Assembly (NCBI RefSeq): GCF_006345805.1
Contig: NC_043000.1
Span: 88,350,001-88,414,000 of the forward strand
Source of the DNA: Octopus sinensis
Lineage: Eukaryota
Direction: 5' to 3'
Length of the DNA: 64,000 bases
The translations under genes and the position numbers were made by a program. Positions 40,480 through 52,869 of the stretch are shown here, piece after piece. The first letter of the stretch is position 1; each line of letters begins with the position of its first letter. A model generated the notes under the pieces. That model was not told where the DNA came from. It worked only from the letters and a program-made list of their open reading frames with translations, and ran no database searches.

Positions 40480-40885
40480 TTTTCTTTTACTTGTCTCAGT
40501 CATTTGACTGCAGCCATGCTGGAGCACCTCTTTTAGTCTAACGAATCGGCCCCAGGACTTATTTTTTGTAAGCTTAGCACTTATTTTATCGGTCTCTTTT
40601 GCGGAACCGCTATTGTACGGAGACGTAAACGCACCAATATCGGTGTCAAGCCATGGTGGGGAAACAAATACAGACACACAAATAACTACATATAATATAT
40701 ATATAATGTATATATATATAAGACTGGCTTCTTTCCGATTCTGTCCACCAAATCTACTCACAAGACGTTGTTCGGCCCGAGGCATTAGTAGAAGACATTT
40801 GCTCAAGATGCCATGCAGTTAGATTGAACCCGGAACCATGTGGTTGGGAATCGAGCTTTTTACTACAAAGTCACCCCTGCGGCTA
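40480..40885 (-). mobile_element. SINE family 1, full length
   Basis: Both halves and the internal TA tract match the copies at 33784 and 51843. Confidence 0.85.
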
Positions 40886-42460
40886 TGTTAGCAATGTAAA
40901 GAAAATTAATGTCTATAATCAGAAATCAAAATTCGCCGTGGAGTCTACAGATAATATATGATTAATAATAACTGCCACAGTTAAGTTTGTTAGAACTTCA
41001 CATTTACCTCAAATATAGAACGTATAAAAATATTTTATTATAAATATATTTATACTTCTGAATGTATAAGTAAAATACATAAATGCGCCTATGGAGCTAT
41101 GTTACTTCTTGTATGTCTCTAACACCTCTCAAAATGCCTTCTCACATTTTTCTGAAGTCTCCGATCTCACATCTTTGTGCGATACAAAAGTACGTAGATA
41201 TATATCGAAGACATCATTGGAAGTCAATACGTTAATTTTGTTATAATCTCGAATAATATAAAGAAGTATGAATCAATATCCATTAATATTCATGCTTTAC
41301 GCCTAGAGAATTTGTTTTCTTACTTTTAATGTTCCTCTTCAGCTTGAATCTGTTGTGCTTGCTCTGCTTTATGTGTTCAATATTAGCAGCACTTTTTATC
41401 AAAATTTTACGAAAAACAGTTTTGAATATAATATCCACAGAAACATTATTCATTCAGTCAAATTGGTATATAAGTCGATTCGATAATACCATATTGAATT
41501 AGGCTGCTAAATTTCTTCTTTTCAATGTAAAAACGTTTTAAGTCAGAACTTTTTACAATGTGATATTGGCAATTAAAGAATTTGTTAATATTACTTTTCT
41601 CATATTCTGGTTAACGAAAATAAATTTGGTGTATTAATTATTTCCTTGATCTTGGAACGTTATGGAATATTGTACGATTTCTTCAGCAGTAACGAACAAT
41701 ATAATATTTATAGCAATGAATTAAATACCTTACGTCTGTTAATTTTCGAATTGGTACAATTTTACGATTTTTTTCATTTTTCTTTTTTACTTTGTATTAA
41801 AATGTTTTCTGAAAACAAAATCAGTGAAAGATATAAAAAAAACAGTTTAAATTTTTGAGAAATATTGAAAATAGATCTAACATTGAGTTAGGAATATTTT
41901 ATTTCATTATTACTTATATTTGATATATTGGAATGGTGTTTAAGTGGTATGTTATGAACGACACTCTAGCATGTAGAAACGAGATTTATGCATGAATGAC
42001 ATGGAGGTACATTTGATATAAGAGAAATTAAGTAGTTGATAATGTTTGTTTAAAATTAGAATATATTTAAGAAAACATGTTTGTAACAAATCCAGTACCT
42101 CATTATCTTCAAAATTACAAACAAAGAAAAGGTGGCATTGCTTATATAAAGATGAAAAATGAAAATTATGACTAGATTACAAGATCTTTACGATACATTT
42201 ATCTTTATAAGAACGAATCCATGTAGTTTTACAAAGAAGTTATGAATTTGTCTTACATTAATGAGGAGAAAGCGATATGATAGATATCCTAATGGATTTT
42301 CAGAAAATTATTTTCTATCTTTTTCATGTTGTCTTACTATGTATATGTATGCATATATATATATCATTAATTAAAATCTTAGGGTAGCAAGAATATTCAT
42401 AGAAGAATTCTTAGTTACCAGTGGTCTAGCGAGAAAGGAAAAAATTAGTCAATAGACTAT

Positions 42461-42641
42461 ATATTATTCAAAGAAGAATACAGTGTACTTCAAACACAAA
42501 AGTGATACACGAAGAATAGGATATCTGACTCGCAAGAAAGAGACTGGAGTTTTAACTGCTCTTTCTAGCGAGTCAGATATCCTATTCTTCGGGTATCTCT
42601 TTTGTGTTTGAACGTACACTGTATTCTTCTTTGAATAATAT
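42461..42641. repeat. Short inverted repeat (about 82-bp arms, 16-bp spacer)
   Basis: 42461-42542 is the reverse complement of 42559-42641 with about 4 mismatches. Confidence 0.9.
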
Positions 42642-42654
42642 GTATATATATATT

Positions 42655-42745
<91 letters not shown>

Positions 42746-42749
42746 TATT

Positions 42750-44650
42750 TGAGACAAAACCACTATTTTGCAAAACAAACAAGGAAAGACTTAATCAATA
42801 CATAAAATTTAATAAATAGTCAAAAAAACCGCCACTACAATCGTTTCTTGTCTTGATCGACAATCTTCAGGTGGACTTCCAATCTAAAAAATCAAAATTT
42901 TAAAATATAAAAATAATACTTTTAAATAATTAAAGTATAAATGAAAAAATATAAGTATATAATCCATATATAACCTATATATAATCCATATCGAAAATAT
43001 AGACTAATTACCACGAATTCCCTAAAAAAACCATGATAAAACAAAACACTTAAAAATATATAACGATAAAATCTCCCTTTGCTAAACTCTATAACAAACC
43101 TATAAAGTAAACCCCCTAACCTAAACATTCACACACAAATACACACACGTAAACCACAGACTCACGACTTATACACATACCTATACTAACTATAAACCTC
43201 AATATACACAAAACCCACTCCCTCCACACAGACAAATTAACACATACATCCCAAAACCTAAATAACAAACCCATATACACATTCACACACAAACACACAC
43301 TCACACGCAAAACACCACACACAAAAGATACATATACTCCCTCACATATACGCCTATACATACTCACTAAACTCGACATATACAACAATACTTACACACC
43401 CACAAAAAACATTATATACATTTATGAGCTTTAACTCATTAGCATCTCTAACAAACAACTTGCAGTAACCCAATCCCAATCTCTATGCCTACCTCACTAC
43501 TACACTATTCCATTCACATTCCAAGCAACGCTAGTCCACCACCCGGTTATTCACGTGGCAAAACGAACACCACTCAAAAATTATGAATGAAACAATGTAA
43601 AAAAATAACCAACACCTAAAATAGACAAATACCCACGAATTACCTAAAAAACATGATAAAACAAAACTCATAAAAGCATATAACGATAAAAACTCCCTTT
43701 GCTAAACCCTATAACAAACTTATATAGCAATCCCCTAACCTAAACATTCACACACAAAAACCCACACGTAACCACAGACCAATACTTATACACAAACCTA
43801 TACTAACTTATAAACTCAATATACACCAAAAACCACTCCCTCCCCACACAGACAAATTAACACATACATCCCAAATCCTAAATAACAAACCCAAATACAC
43901 ATTCACACACAAACACACACACACGCAAAAACACACACACACAACAGATACATATGCTCCCTCACATATACGCATATACATACTCACTAAAACTCGATAT
44001 ATACAACAATATTTACACCCCACACTCATACAGATAAATAAATTAATTATACAATTAAAAACTCACAACCAATCTCATATACATAAACACTCTTATGAAA
44101 ACAACAATAAATACATCGTAATTAACCAGAATATCAAAAATAACATTATGACATAAGGATAAATCAAATACATACTTACAATTCAGTTACAAATTATGAA
44201 GTGAAATTAGATTCTTAGCCGTTAAAAAACAAACAATATACGTTACCATGGAAATAAATAATGTAAAAAAAGAATACGCGCCATAGAAAGTAAACGTCAT
44301 TCATAGTATGATGGAGAAATATAATAAATGGAACTAAAAACTATTTCCACGTAGCAAACAACGCTACTTAAAAAAATTTATTTATTATGAATGATTCTTT
44401 AAAAACTATCATGAAAAATCAATTATATACATTTATGAGCTTTAGCTCACCCTAGCAACTCTAACAAACAACTTACAGTAACCCATACTCAATGCCTACC
44501 TCATTACCACCCTAATCCATTCACAATTCCAAAAACACTAGTCCACCACCCGGTTACAATTCCCAACTCTACCCATTCATTCACAATTTCAACGACGTTC
44601 CCTTCAACAACTCTATATATAAGCCTCAACATATACAACGGAGATACACT
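42750..44650 (-). mobile_element. Penelope-like element with internal tandem duplication and hammerhead near its 3' end
   Basis: About 43010-43405 is repeated at about 43633-44025, and about 43405-43545 at about 44420-44555. There is extreme strand asymmetry and a ribozyme at 42832-42874. Confidence 0.55.
42832..42874 (-). ncRNA. Minimal type I hammerhead ribozyme
   Basis: The - strand reads CCAC-CUGAAGA-UUGUC gaucaa GACAA-GAAA-CGAUUG-UA-GUGG: 4-bp stem I, 5-bp stem II, GUA triplet. Confidence 0.82.
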
Positions 44651-44689
44651 TACACATCCGTGCGGATGGGTGAGAGTATACATTAAGTG

Positions 44690-45445
44690 TAGTGATGGGG
44701 CTCCCATTTCTAAACACATTTGTCCTGTGTGGTAGTCTCCATGTGTTATATTCACGCACGGGTTATATACAGGGGGTACACGCTCACTTCATTTACGTGT
44801 ACCCCTCACATGTACATATGCATACTATTTTGGCTCGATATATGCAACAATGTAATCGCGCCCGTATGTGTGAGCATTCACTGGTTGTGCAATTCACCCA
44901 TCTGGGTGTGATTGTGTGTAAACTTATCACTGTGGAGGTCGAGCTTGATACGTATATATTAGTGTGTATTAGGGGTTGTACGTACTAATTATGTTCATGT
45001 GCTTCACGCACTATATATATATACACTCTGCTACACTGTATATAAATTCTCTACTGGGAATGACCAAGTTTAAAAATCTGCTGGATCTCATTCATAAGGG
45101 AATCTTACATTACTTCTAAACTCTATATTTGGATGGACTCATTTTAAACTGTGTTAGACTTTTGGACTTTACTCATAGGATATTAGAATATTGCATATAT
45201 ACCATTATGCCTAAAAAATGGATTTACAACTCCAATACCCATTCATATCTTGCGTCTATTTTCTTTCCTCCACCTCACTCTCCATTTTGAATCACATCTA
45301 AACTATGACTTCACTATCGTCTCACACGGTCTCCGATGAAGGGATATAATTAATAAATATCCTAGAAACAGCTGTAAGACCTTCTATCTATAAATGCTCT
45401 AATATCTACACACATTAGTTTTTCTATTTTATTACGCAAAAAATT
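44690..45445 (+). mobile_element. Penelope-like terminal repeat ending at (TA)n
   Basis: Carries the hammerhead at 45328-45381 about 65 nt before a (TA)n tract. Confidence 0.55.
45328..45381 (+). ncRNA. Type I hammerhead ribozyme with variant core (CCGAUGA)
   Basis: Stem I GGUCU/AGACC, core CCGAUGA (U4C), stem II A.A mismatch then GGGAUA/UAUCCU, GAAA, palindromic stem III ACAGCUGU, GUA triplet (cut after 45376). Confidence 0.7.
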
Positions 45446-45488
<43 letters not shown>

Positions 45489-46184
45489 CTATGTATTTAT
45501 GTAGGTAGGTAGGTATACGTGTGTGTGTTTGTGCGTTCATACATATACACACAAGCACACATATACACACACACATACATATATATGTAATAGATTATTT
45601 ACGTTCAGTATATAATGAACAGTATTTTTTATTTTTAACGCGCTATTCTAAATACATCTCTTTCTAAAGAGATGTACTTTATGTCAGATTTCGTACTCAT
45701 GCAAAGAATCCTCAACGAATATTTCTGAAATATATGTAAAAGAAGAAAGAATTTAAATACTGCTTCAGCGATCTAAATTTAAACATGATGCTGTATACCT
45801 TTAGATTAGGTATGAGTTGTCCTTCACGAACAATTTAAAAGAGATCTTAAGCAATTCTGACAGTAATTTCACTCAGGTACTTAGTAAAGAAGGAGCGTTC
45901 AACTGATGCCTTGACAGCATAAAATGATAGGCAAAAAAGGAATTAAAAGGAATATCGCATAAATGTATCAGCAAGTAATGTGTATCAACGTAAAATAAGA
46001 GACAAATTGACTTTAAAAGTCTTTATTACGGAGTTATTTCATGCGGAGAACAGTTATGTATACTTTAGAAGGACACGAGATATGTGATTTTCAGTTAAAG
46101 ATGGACGTTAGATGATTGACAGTCTTGTTATTGGTAAAATATTCTAATTTCAACGGTTGATTATATTATTATTCAGTATTCTTT

Positions 46185-46390
46185 TATTCTTTTACATGTT
46201 TCATTCATTTGACTGCGGCCATGCTGGAGCACCACCTTTTAGTCAAAGAAATTGACCTCAGGACTTATTCTTCGCAAGCCTGGCATTTATTCTATCGGTT
46301 CTTTGGACAAACCAGTAAGTTACGGAGACGTAGACACACCAAAATCTGTTGTCAAGCGATGGTGGGGGGACAAACACAGACACACATGAA
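46185..46390 (-). mobile_element. SINE family 1, 3' half
   Basis: tcatttgactgcggccatgctggagcacc...gtcaagcgatggtggggg matches the family. Confidence 0.8.
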
Positions 46391-46404
46391 TATATGTATA
46401 TATA

Positions 46405-46459
<55 letters not shown>

Positions 46460-46570
46460 ATATATATATATTATAATATATATTATATATATATAATATA
46501 TATTATATATATATATATACATATATAATATATAATATATATATATATATATATGCATATATATATATAA

Positions 46571-47067
46571 TCACGCTACAATCATTTTATTAAACATTGT
46601 AAGTATTACAACAGTTTTAAACTGTTCAGCAATCATCAGCCATTTATAGGGGTTTTCCATCAACACATATACTTATTTCCATGTTAATTGATGACATTAT
46701 AAAAAGGGTAGATATACAGATAAGGATGATGATTTGAATGTTAAGAACATTAAGGTGTTAGAATTTATCTTCTGACTCTTCAGAAATATCCGTCGAGGAT
46801 TCTTTGCATGAGAACGAAATCTGACATAAAGTGATACTTTAGAAAGAGATGTATTTAGAATAATCAGAAGATAAATTCTAACACCTGAATATTCTTAACA
46901 TTCAAATCAGCATCTCTGTCTGTATATCTACCCTCTTTTTAATGTTATCAATTAACATGGAAATAAGTATATGCATTGATGGGAAACATCTATAAATGGC
47001 TGATGATTGCTCATCATTTTAAAACTGTTGTGATACTTACAATGTTTAATAAAATGATGTAGCATGA
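46571..47067. mobile_element. Foldback/MITE with about 220-bp inverted arms
   Basis: 46571-46790 is the approximate reverse complement of 46848-47067. Confidence 0.85.
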
Positions 47068-47226
47068 AACGATCGTACCACATTACCGAAGATATTATTG
47101 TTGCTTACTTTGATTATAATCACCCCATGGATTTATATGGATAACATCGAGCAAAATTCTGGTGCATCTGACTTAAGTACCATATTCATTTGAATCTAAA
47201 TTTTGCTGAACTTATATATATATATA

Positions 47227-47598
47227 CTAGCAGTATCGCCCGGCGTTGCTCGGGTTTGTAAGGGAAATAACTATAAAGCATTTTTTAGATATTATAGCCA
47301 AAATATGGGAAAAAATGATGGTAAATTTTTTTTGAGAGTTAAAAAGGTGGAGTTGCGTCCCCTAGACAGTCTGTGGTTTGTGTTTCTGATTCTCGACCCC
47401 ATGTCGAATTTATCGATTTTTTTCAGAACTGGGGGAACTTTTCAAAATTTTCGCTGCGTTAGTTTTGAATTATGACATTGGGCTATGTGTGTGTCAAGTT
47501 TCATCAGAATCGGTTGAAAGCCGTGGTCAGAGTGAGGGTACAACCAAACAGACACACAGAAACACACACAGACAAACTGCCGTTTATATATAGTGAGA
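47227..47598 (-). mobile_element. Complete non-autonomous Helitron (Lep1-like), 372 bp
   Basis: On the - strand: 5' A|TC..., GC-rich subterminal hairpin acccgagcaacgccgggc, 3' ...CTAG|T. It is inserted between A and T with no TSD. Confidence 0.82.
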
Positions 47599-47614
47599 TA
47601 TATATATATTATAC

Positions 47615-47772
47615 GACGGCCTTCTTTCAATTTAAATCTACCAAATCCACTCACAAATTTTGGTGACCCGAGGCTATAGTGGAAGACACTTGCCCAAGTT
47701 CTCACGTAGAGGGACTGAACCCGAAATCATGTATTTGGGAAGCAAGCTTCAAATCACACAGCCACGCCTGCG
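47615..47772 (-). mobile_element. SINE family 1, 5' half
   Basis: gacggccttctttcaatttaaatctaccaaatccac...acacagccacgcctgcgc. Confidence 0.75.
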
Positions 47773-48541
47773 CTTATATGAAAACGAAAAGATATGAAAT
47801 ACTTCAATGTACACATACACACCCCTCTTATACACACATGCATATGTTAAGATTAACGCTATAGATTTTCTATAGAAAGCAATGATTTTGTTACGATATA
47901 TATAAAAACCTTTAATACATATTGTAGATGCATAACGAATATACATGGATGCATAACGAAATACGGTGTCTCTACGGGTTTTATATATAAATTACACAAA
48001 TACGACAACTTTAACACGAAATAATTTGTAAAATACGAAATTTTGTCAAAAACGTTCAGTGTAAACCGTGTTTTACGTGAGAAATTCTGCCAGTATTCGA
48101 AGTTTCAAACAATTAATTTAAAAATCCCGGTTTAGTAGTATAGCAGTTTTGTTACTTTTCTTCGTTTTCTGAAACTTTACGAAACTTTTGCATAATAGCA
48201 ATGTTTGAATTTGATGCAGGCCTTCCAAAGATTTTGACAGCCATGACAAAGCGAACATAAATTTAACCCTTGGCTAATAGCTAGACCTACTGATGAAAAC
48301 TAAAGGAAACATTTCAAAGTTCGAAATCATATGATATAGGAATATCTGTGATTCTCATTTGCGACTATCAGCTGCAATGGTTAGTTAAATTTTGCTGGGC
48401 TCTCGATTTTCGTCAGCCTGTCATGTTTTCAGTGAAATGGTGGCTTATTTGAGTATTTTCCGACTCTTATTTTTAGCAATGCTGGTACTTCGTGTATCCT
48501 CAATTATAATTAATAATTATACACAAACACACACACACACG

Positions 48542-48581
<40 letters not shown>

Positions 48582-48614
48582 ACACACACACACAAATATA
48601 TATATATATATATA

Positions 48615-48950
48615 TACAGGGTGATTCAAAAGTCGCCATACATAGGAACAATTTAGTTTTTGATAAGAAATAGCTTATATGATTAGTTTTTTTCCCATTT
48701 AACAGACCCTATATGGTTACCATTGCTTTAAATACACATTGCAATACGTTTAACCCACTCATTGTGAACTCGTAGTAGCACATCTGGTGATGCATGCGCA
48801 AATGAGTTGGTGATGCGTTCCTTCAAATGATTTATGTCTTTTAACTTTTCGAGATACACCATATCTTTCAAATGCCCCCAAAGATAGAAATCAAGAGGTG
48901 TTAGATCAGGGGATATAGGGGATCTTATAAACTGTTTCTGATCAAAAAAC
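48615..48950 (-). mobile_element. Tc1/mariner (maT-like) 3' fragment
   Basis: TIR tacagggtgattcaaaagtc and RSPISPDLTPLDFYLWGHLKDMVY. Confidence 0.88.
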
Positions 48951-48959
48951 AAACTTTTC

Positions 48960-49435
48960 CTGTGTATGGAGACCTCCCAACACCATCACACCACACAACA
49001 CACCACTACACCTTACACCACCATACCACACAACACATCACATAACAACACACCACCACGCGCACATAAGTACTGACCACTTACCAGACCCACAATTTCA
49101 CACCTACACACATGCACATGTCAAGATCACACGCACATAGAAACTCTCTTATACCCACGCACGCGCACCTTCGTATTGTGACCACTACTACTTTAGTACT
49201 TCCCCTTCTCCCTATCTCTTCCGTGTGAACCTTCTGTCCGGTATTCGCCATGAGAGATCGCTAGCCACTACACATTCTTTATTTTCTCTTCTTGTTTCTT
49301 CCTGTGTTCCTTTCTTTGGAAGAGCGTAGGCTCGAAACGTTAAAGACTTCTTCACTTCCCGAGTGGTATACTAATACATTTGTTTGTTGTCTACACCACC
49401 AGTCTTCGTCTTTTGTTTTTTTTTTTGTGAATTCT
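48960..49435 (+). mobile_element. Penelope-like 3' region with variant hammerhead core
   Basis: C/A-rich body, then cuuu cuuuggaa GAG cguagg CUC GAAAC GUU AAAG (49310-49345), then a tail into (TA)n. Confidence 0.6.
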
Positions 49436-49499
<64 letters not shown>

Positions 49500-49891
49500 T
49501 ATATATAAACATTATTGGTGAATTGAAGAATGGAGCTGAACGCAGATTGAACAGAAATCGTTTTATTTCATTCTACACGTGTTTCGAAAGGCACAAATTA
49601 CCAAAATCCGATTGAATAATGGACCATATTGTGTCTTTCTCTTCAGGAAGAAAAAGGAATCCGTTGGAAAAACAAAAACAGAACAGAGGCGGAGCAAAAA
49701 ACAAATCGAACTGTGCTCCTAAGAGCCCATGGCGAAACTGTTTATCAGTGTATGTTGAGAACCGGTGGCTGAAGAATTCAACGGGTCAGGCAACCGTGCT
49801 GTTTACTGCTGTGATTTTTGCTACTAAGGTATCGGTTAAACTTTTGATTAATCTACTACAAGATTATTCATCTTTCTATTTCACATAATAT

Positions 49892-49934
<43 letters not shown>

Positions 49935-49937
<3 letters not shown>

Positions 49938-50331
49938 CCTACCTCATGGCTTTCGCTCCACACACGCTAGCTCAATTTCATTCATCTCTATCAGTCGAAA
50001 GACACCTGATGTTAGTTTCTTGTTATTTGTAATTGTGGAACAACTTTCCCGTTTTTTTTTTGTCGTTTTTTGTTTGTCTTTGTTGTCGTACACATTCGCT
50101 TGCTTTCTCCCAAACTATTCAATCCTCTTAGCTTAGATCTTTGCGGCCAGTCAGATTTGAACACTCTCAATTGTAACAGGCCTAAACTGTAAAGAAGATT
50201 TGGGAACTTGACTAATGAGAGAAAACTGCGAATGACACGTCCTTGTTTTATCCATTCTTCCCGAGCGTTAAACTAATATACCTGCTTGTTGTTCCTTCAC
50301 GTCCCTTCGTTCTTTATTTTCTGTAAATTTG

Positions 50332-50335
<4 letters not shown>
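49935..50335 (+). mobile_element. Penelope-like fragment related to 1327-2194
   Basis: tcgaaagacacctg...acattcgct...ctcttagcttag is shared with about 1851-1980. It ends at (TA)n. Confidence 0.55.
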
Positions 50336-50361
<26 letters not shown>

Positions 50362-50367
<6 letters not shown>

Positions 50368-50695
50368 GATTATTCAAAAGCGACGAACCGATTTCATTAC
50401 GCAATATTTTAATAAGGAAAGCAACCTATTATATATCCCCACAAGAAAAACATATAACAAACATCGAATAACAACAGCGATCAACTCAGTGGATCGTGAT
50501 ATGCTGATACGCGTGTGGGAGGTATTCTTTTATCGCATTCATGTTGCCCTTGCAGCAAGTGGTGGCCATATTGAACAGCTGTAAGACAGGAAATAAAAGT
50601 TGATTTTGAGTAAATACTTGTGACTTAGCTGGAGTGTTCTATTGCCTTTCCTTATAAAAATATTACGTAATGAAATCGGTTCATTCTTTTTTATA
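50362..50695 (+). mobile_element. Internally deleted Tc1/mariner (MITE-like)
   Basis: TIR-like gaaccgatttcattacgcaatatttt / aaaatattacgtaatgaaatcggttc, and C-terminal SVDRDMLIRVW...GGHIEQL*. Confidence 0.8.
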
Positions 50696-50701
50696 TATAT
50701 A

Positions 50702-51030
50702 CTAGATTACCCGTGACCTGTTGGGTCACATGGAAAGTCTGAGTTTCCCAGCAACGGAGTTTTGTTTCGTGGGCATTTTTCTTTGCCATGTTATTTTGCA
50801 TGCTTTCAACGAATGTGACGTCGAAAGCACGCGTAAGCGGCTCCTTTTCTCTGAAAAGGAAGGCTGTGACTGCTGTTTCTTACACGCCTTGCTACCACGT
50901 AACAGGTATTTCGGGGTCTTTATCGCAAATAGCTCTTATGTGGTAGAAGGGCGTGCTAGAAATAGCAGCCAAATCTTTGGAGCTGAGATACGTTGAATGC
51001 ACTCGAAAACGTTTTTGCAATAGTACTCCC
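50702..51030 (-). mobile_element. Helitron-like 3' end
   Basis: The - strand has the hairpin GTGACC caaca GGTCAC followed by gggtaatCTAG|T (CTAG at 50702-50705). The 5' boundary is unclear. Confidence 0.6.
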
Positions 51031-51034
51031 TTGG

Positions 51035-51522
51035 GGCGATCTTTCGCTTTAATTCTCAGAACTGTCATCCATTTCAGCTGGTTTTTGTTCGTTAATTTCC
51101 GTATTTTTTTATTTATTTACTTTTGTTTTAAAGTGGAAGAGAGTAGAAAGTGAAAAATGTATGAACGTGTATATGAAATGGACGTGTGTGTATGTGTGTG
51201 TATGTGTGTGAGAGAGAGCGAGAAAGAGAGAGAAAGTGCCTCTTACAGCTACATGAGAGCACACACATTCGCTCTCTATCTTTCTCTCTCTCGCACACGC
51301 ACACATGCACACGTACATACAAAAAGATGTATGCATATGTATTAATGTATGTACGTACTCACTCTCTCCTTCTCTCTCTCTCTTCCTCTCTCTCTCTTAC
51401 ACACATACACACGTCCATTTCATATACACGTACATACATCTTTCACTTTAAAACAAAAGTAAATAAATGAAGAATATTTTTGCAGAAATTAACGAATCCC
51501 GGATGATAAGCGAAAGATCGCC
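51035..51522. repeat. Foldback element with microsatellite-containing inverted arms
   Basis: ggcgatctttcgctt...ttatttacttttgttttaaagtg...aaatggacgtgtgtgtatg is mirrored at 51360-51522. Confidence 0.75.
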
Positions 51523-51554
51523 ATTCACTTGGGAATAATTTTTAAAATCACATA

Positions 51555-51680
51555 TATAGTTGCGGGTGAATGGGAAGGTAAAGTCAACCTCAGCGTAATT
51601 TGAACTCAGAACGTAAAGACGGACGAAATACTGTTAAGCATTTTCTTCGGTGTGCTGACGATTCTGCCAGCTCGTTGCTA
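51555..51680 (-). mobile_element. SINE family 2, 5' fragment
   Basis: aaagtcaacctcagcgtaatttgaactcagaacg...ttctgccagctcg. Confidence 0.75.
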
Positions 51681-51842
51681 ATGGAATGTATATATGTTTA
51701 AATAGGTTGTATAGGAAAAAATGGAAAACGCGTTCTATAATCTTTATTCTGGATAGATGATTGAAATATTATACACGTATATAAGCAATAGGTATTTAAC
51801 TGTTTAAATGCTTATATTTAATATTGCATTATTATTGTATAT

Positions 51843-52032
51843 AGGCGTAGGGGTGGCTCCGTGGTAAGAAAGCTTGCTTCCCAACCACATGGTTCCGGGT
51901 TCCGTCCCACTGCGTGACACCTTGGGCAAGTGTCTTCTACTATAGCCTCGGGCTAACCAAAGCCTTGTAAATGGATTTGGTAGACGGAAACTGAAAGAAA
52001 CTCGTCGTATATATGTATGTGTGTGTATGTGT

Positions 52033-52104
<72 letters not shown>

Positions 52105-52290
52105 TGTGTCTGTGTTTGTCCCCCCAACATCGCTTGACAACCGATGGTGGTGTGTTTAGCAGTTCGGCAAAAGAGACCGATAGAATAAGTACTAAGCTTA
52201 CAAAGAATAAGTCCTGAGGTCGACTAAAGGCGGTGCTCTAGCATAGCCACAGTCAAATGACTGAAAGAAGTAAAAGAGTAAAGAGAGTAT
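51843..52290 (+). mobile_element. SINE family 1, full length
   Basis: Head ggcgtaggggtggctccgtggtaag...ggttccgtcccact, internal (TG)n and the standard tail. Confidence 0.9.
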
Positions 52291-52869
52291 ATAAGGGAAT
52301 TGTCACATTATAAATTAAATCAAGTGGAATCTGTAATAACTTTGCTCATGTGAAAATAATTTAGACAATAGATCATCCTGACTAGAAGGTGGCAAAGAAA
52401 TTGAACAACTGCTTATAAGACATTGCCACTTACTATGAAGGTAAATTATTTAGATGTAAATGAAGTTTAAGATACATCGCATCTAATACAACAGCGATCA
52501 AAATAATGAGTTTGTGTGCATGAAAATTCATATAATCAACGGAATCGGTACCAATGTATTTCTCTAGTCTAAATTTAACCCCAAATAAGAAGAGAATTTA
52601 TATGTCTGTGTATGCGCATGCATGTATAATTAAGTACACACAAACACACACACGTATATATATATATATATATATATATAGGTCTGTGTGTATAAATGTT
52701 GATATATCTTCAACAATAAAAATTTTTAGTGCAGTTTCAGGTTGAGACTTGAAGGTAAAATATATACATCATACTGATCTACTGGAACACTTAAGAAGGA
52801 ATTTATATTCAACTATTATGTTCCATGTTAAGATCTCGAAAGAACGATAAAAGATCAAATGAAACATAC

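Noticed and set aside
48289-48315. CTGATGA...GAAAC on +
   Set aside because: No stem II or stem I pairing, so it is a chance motif.
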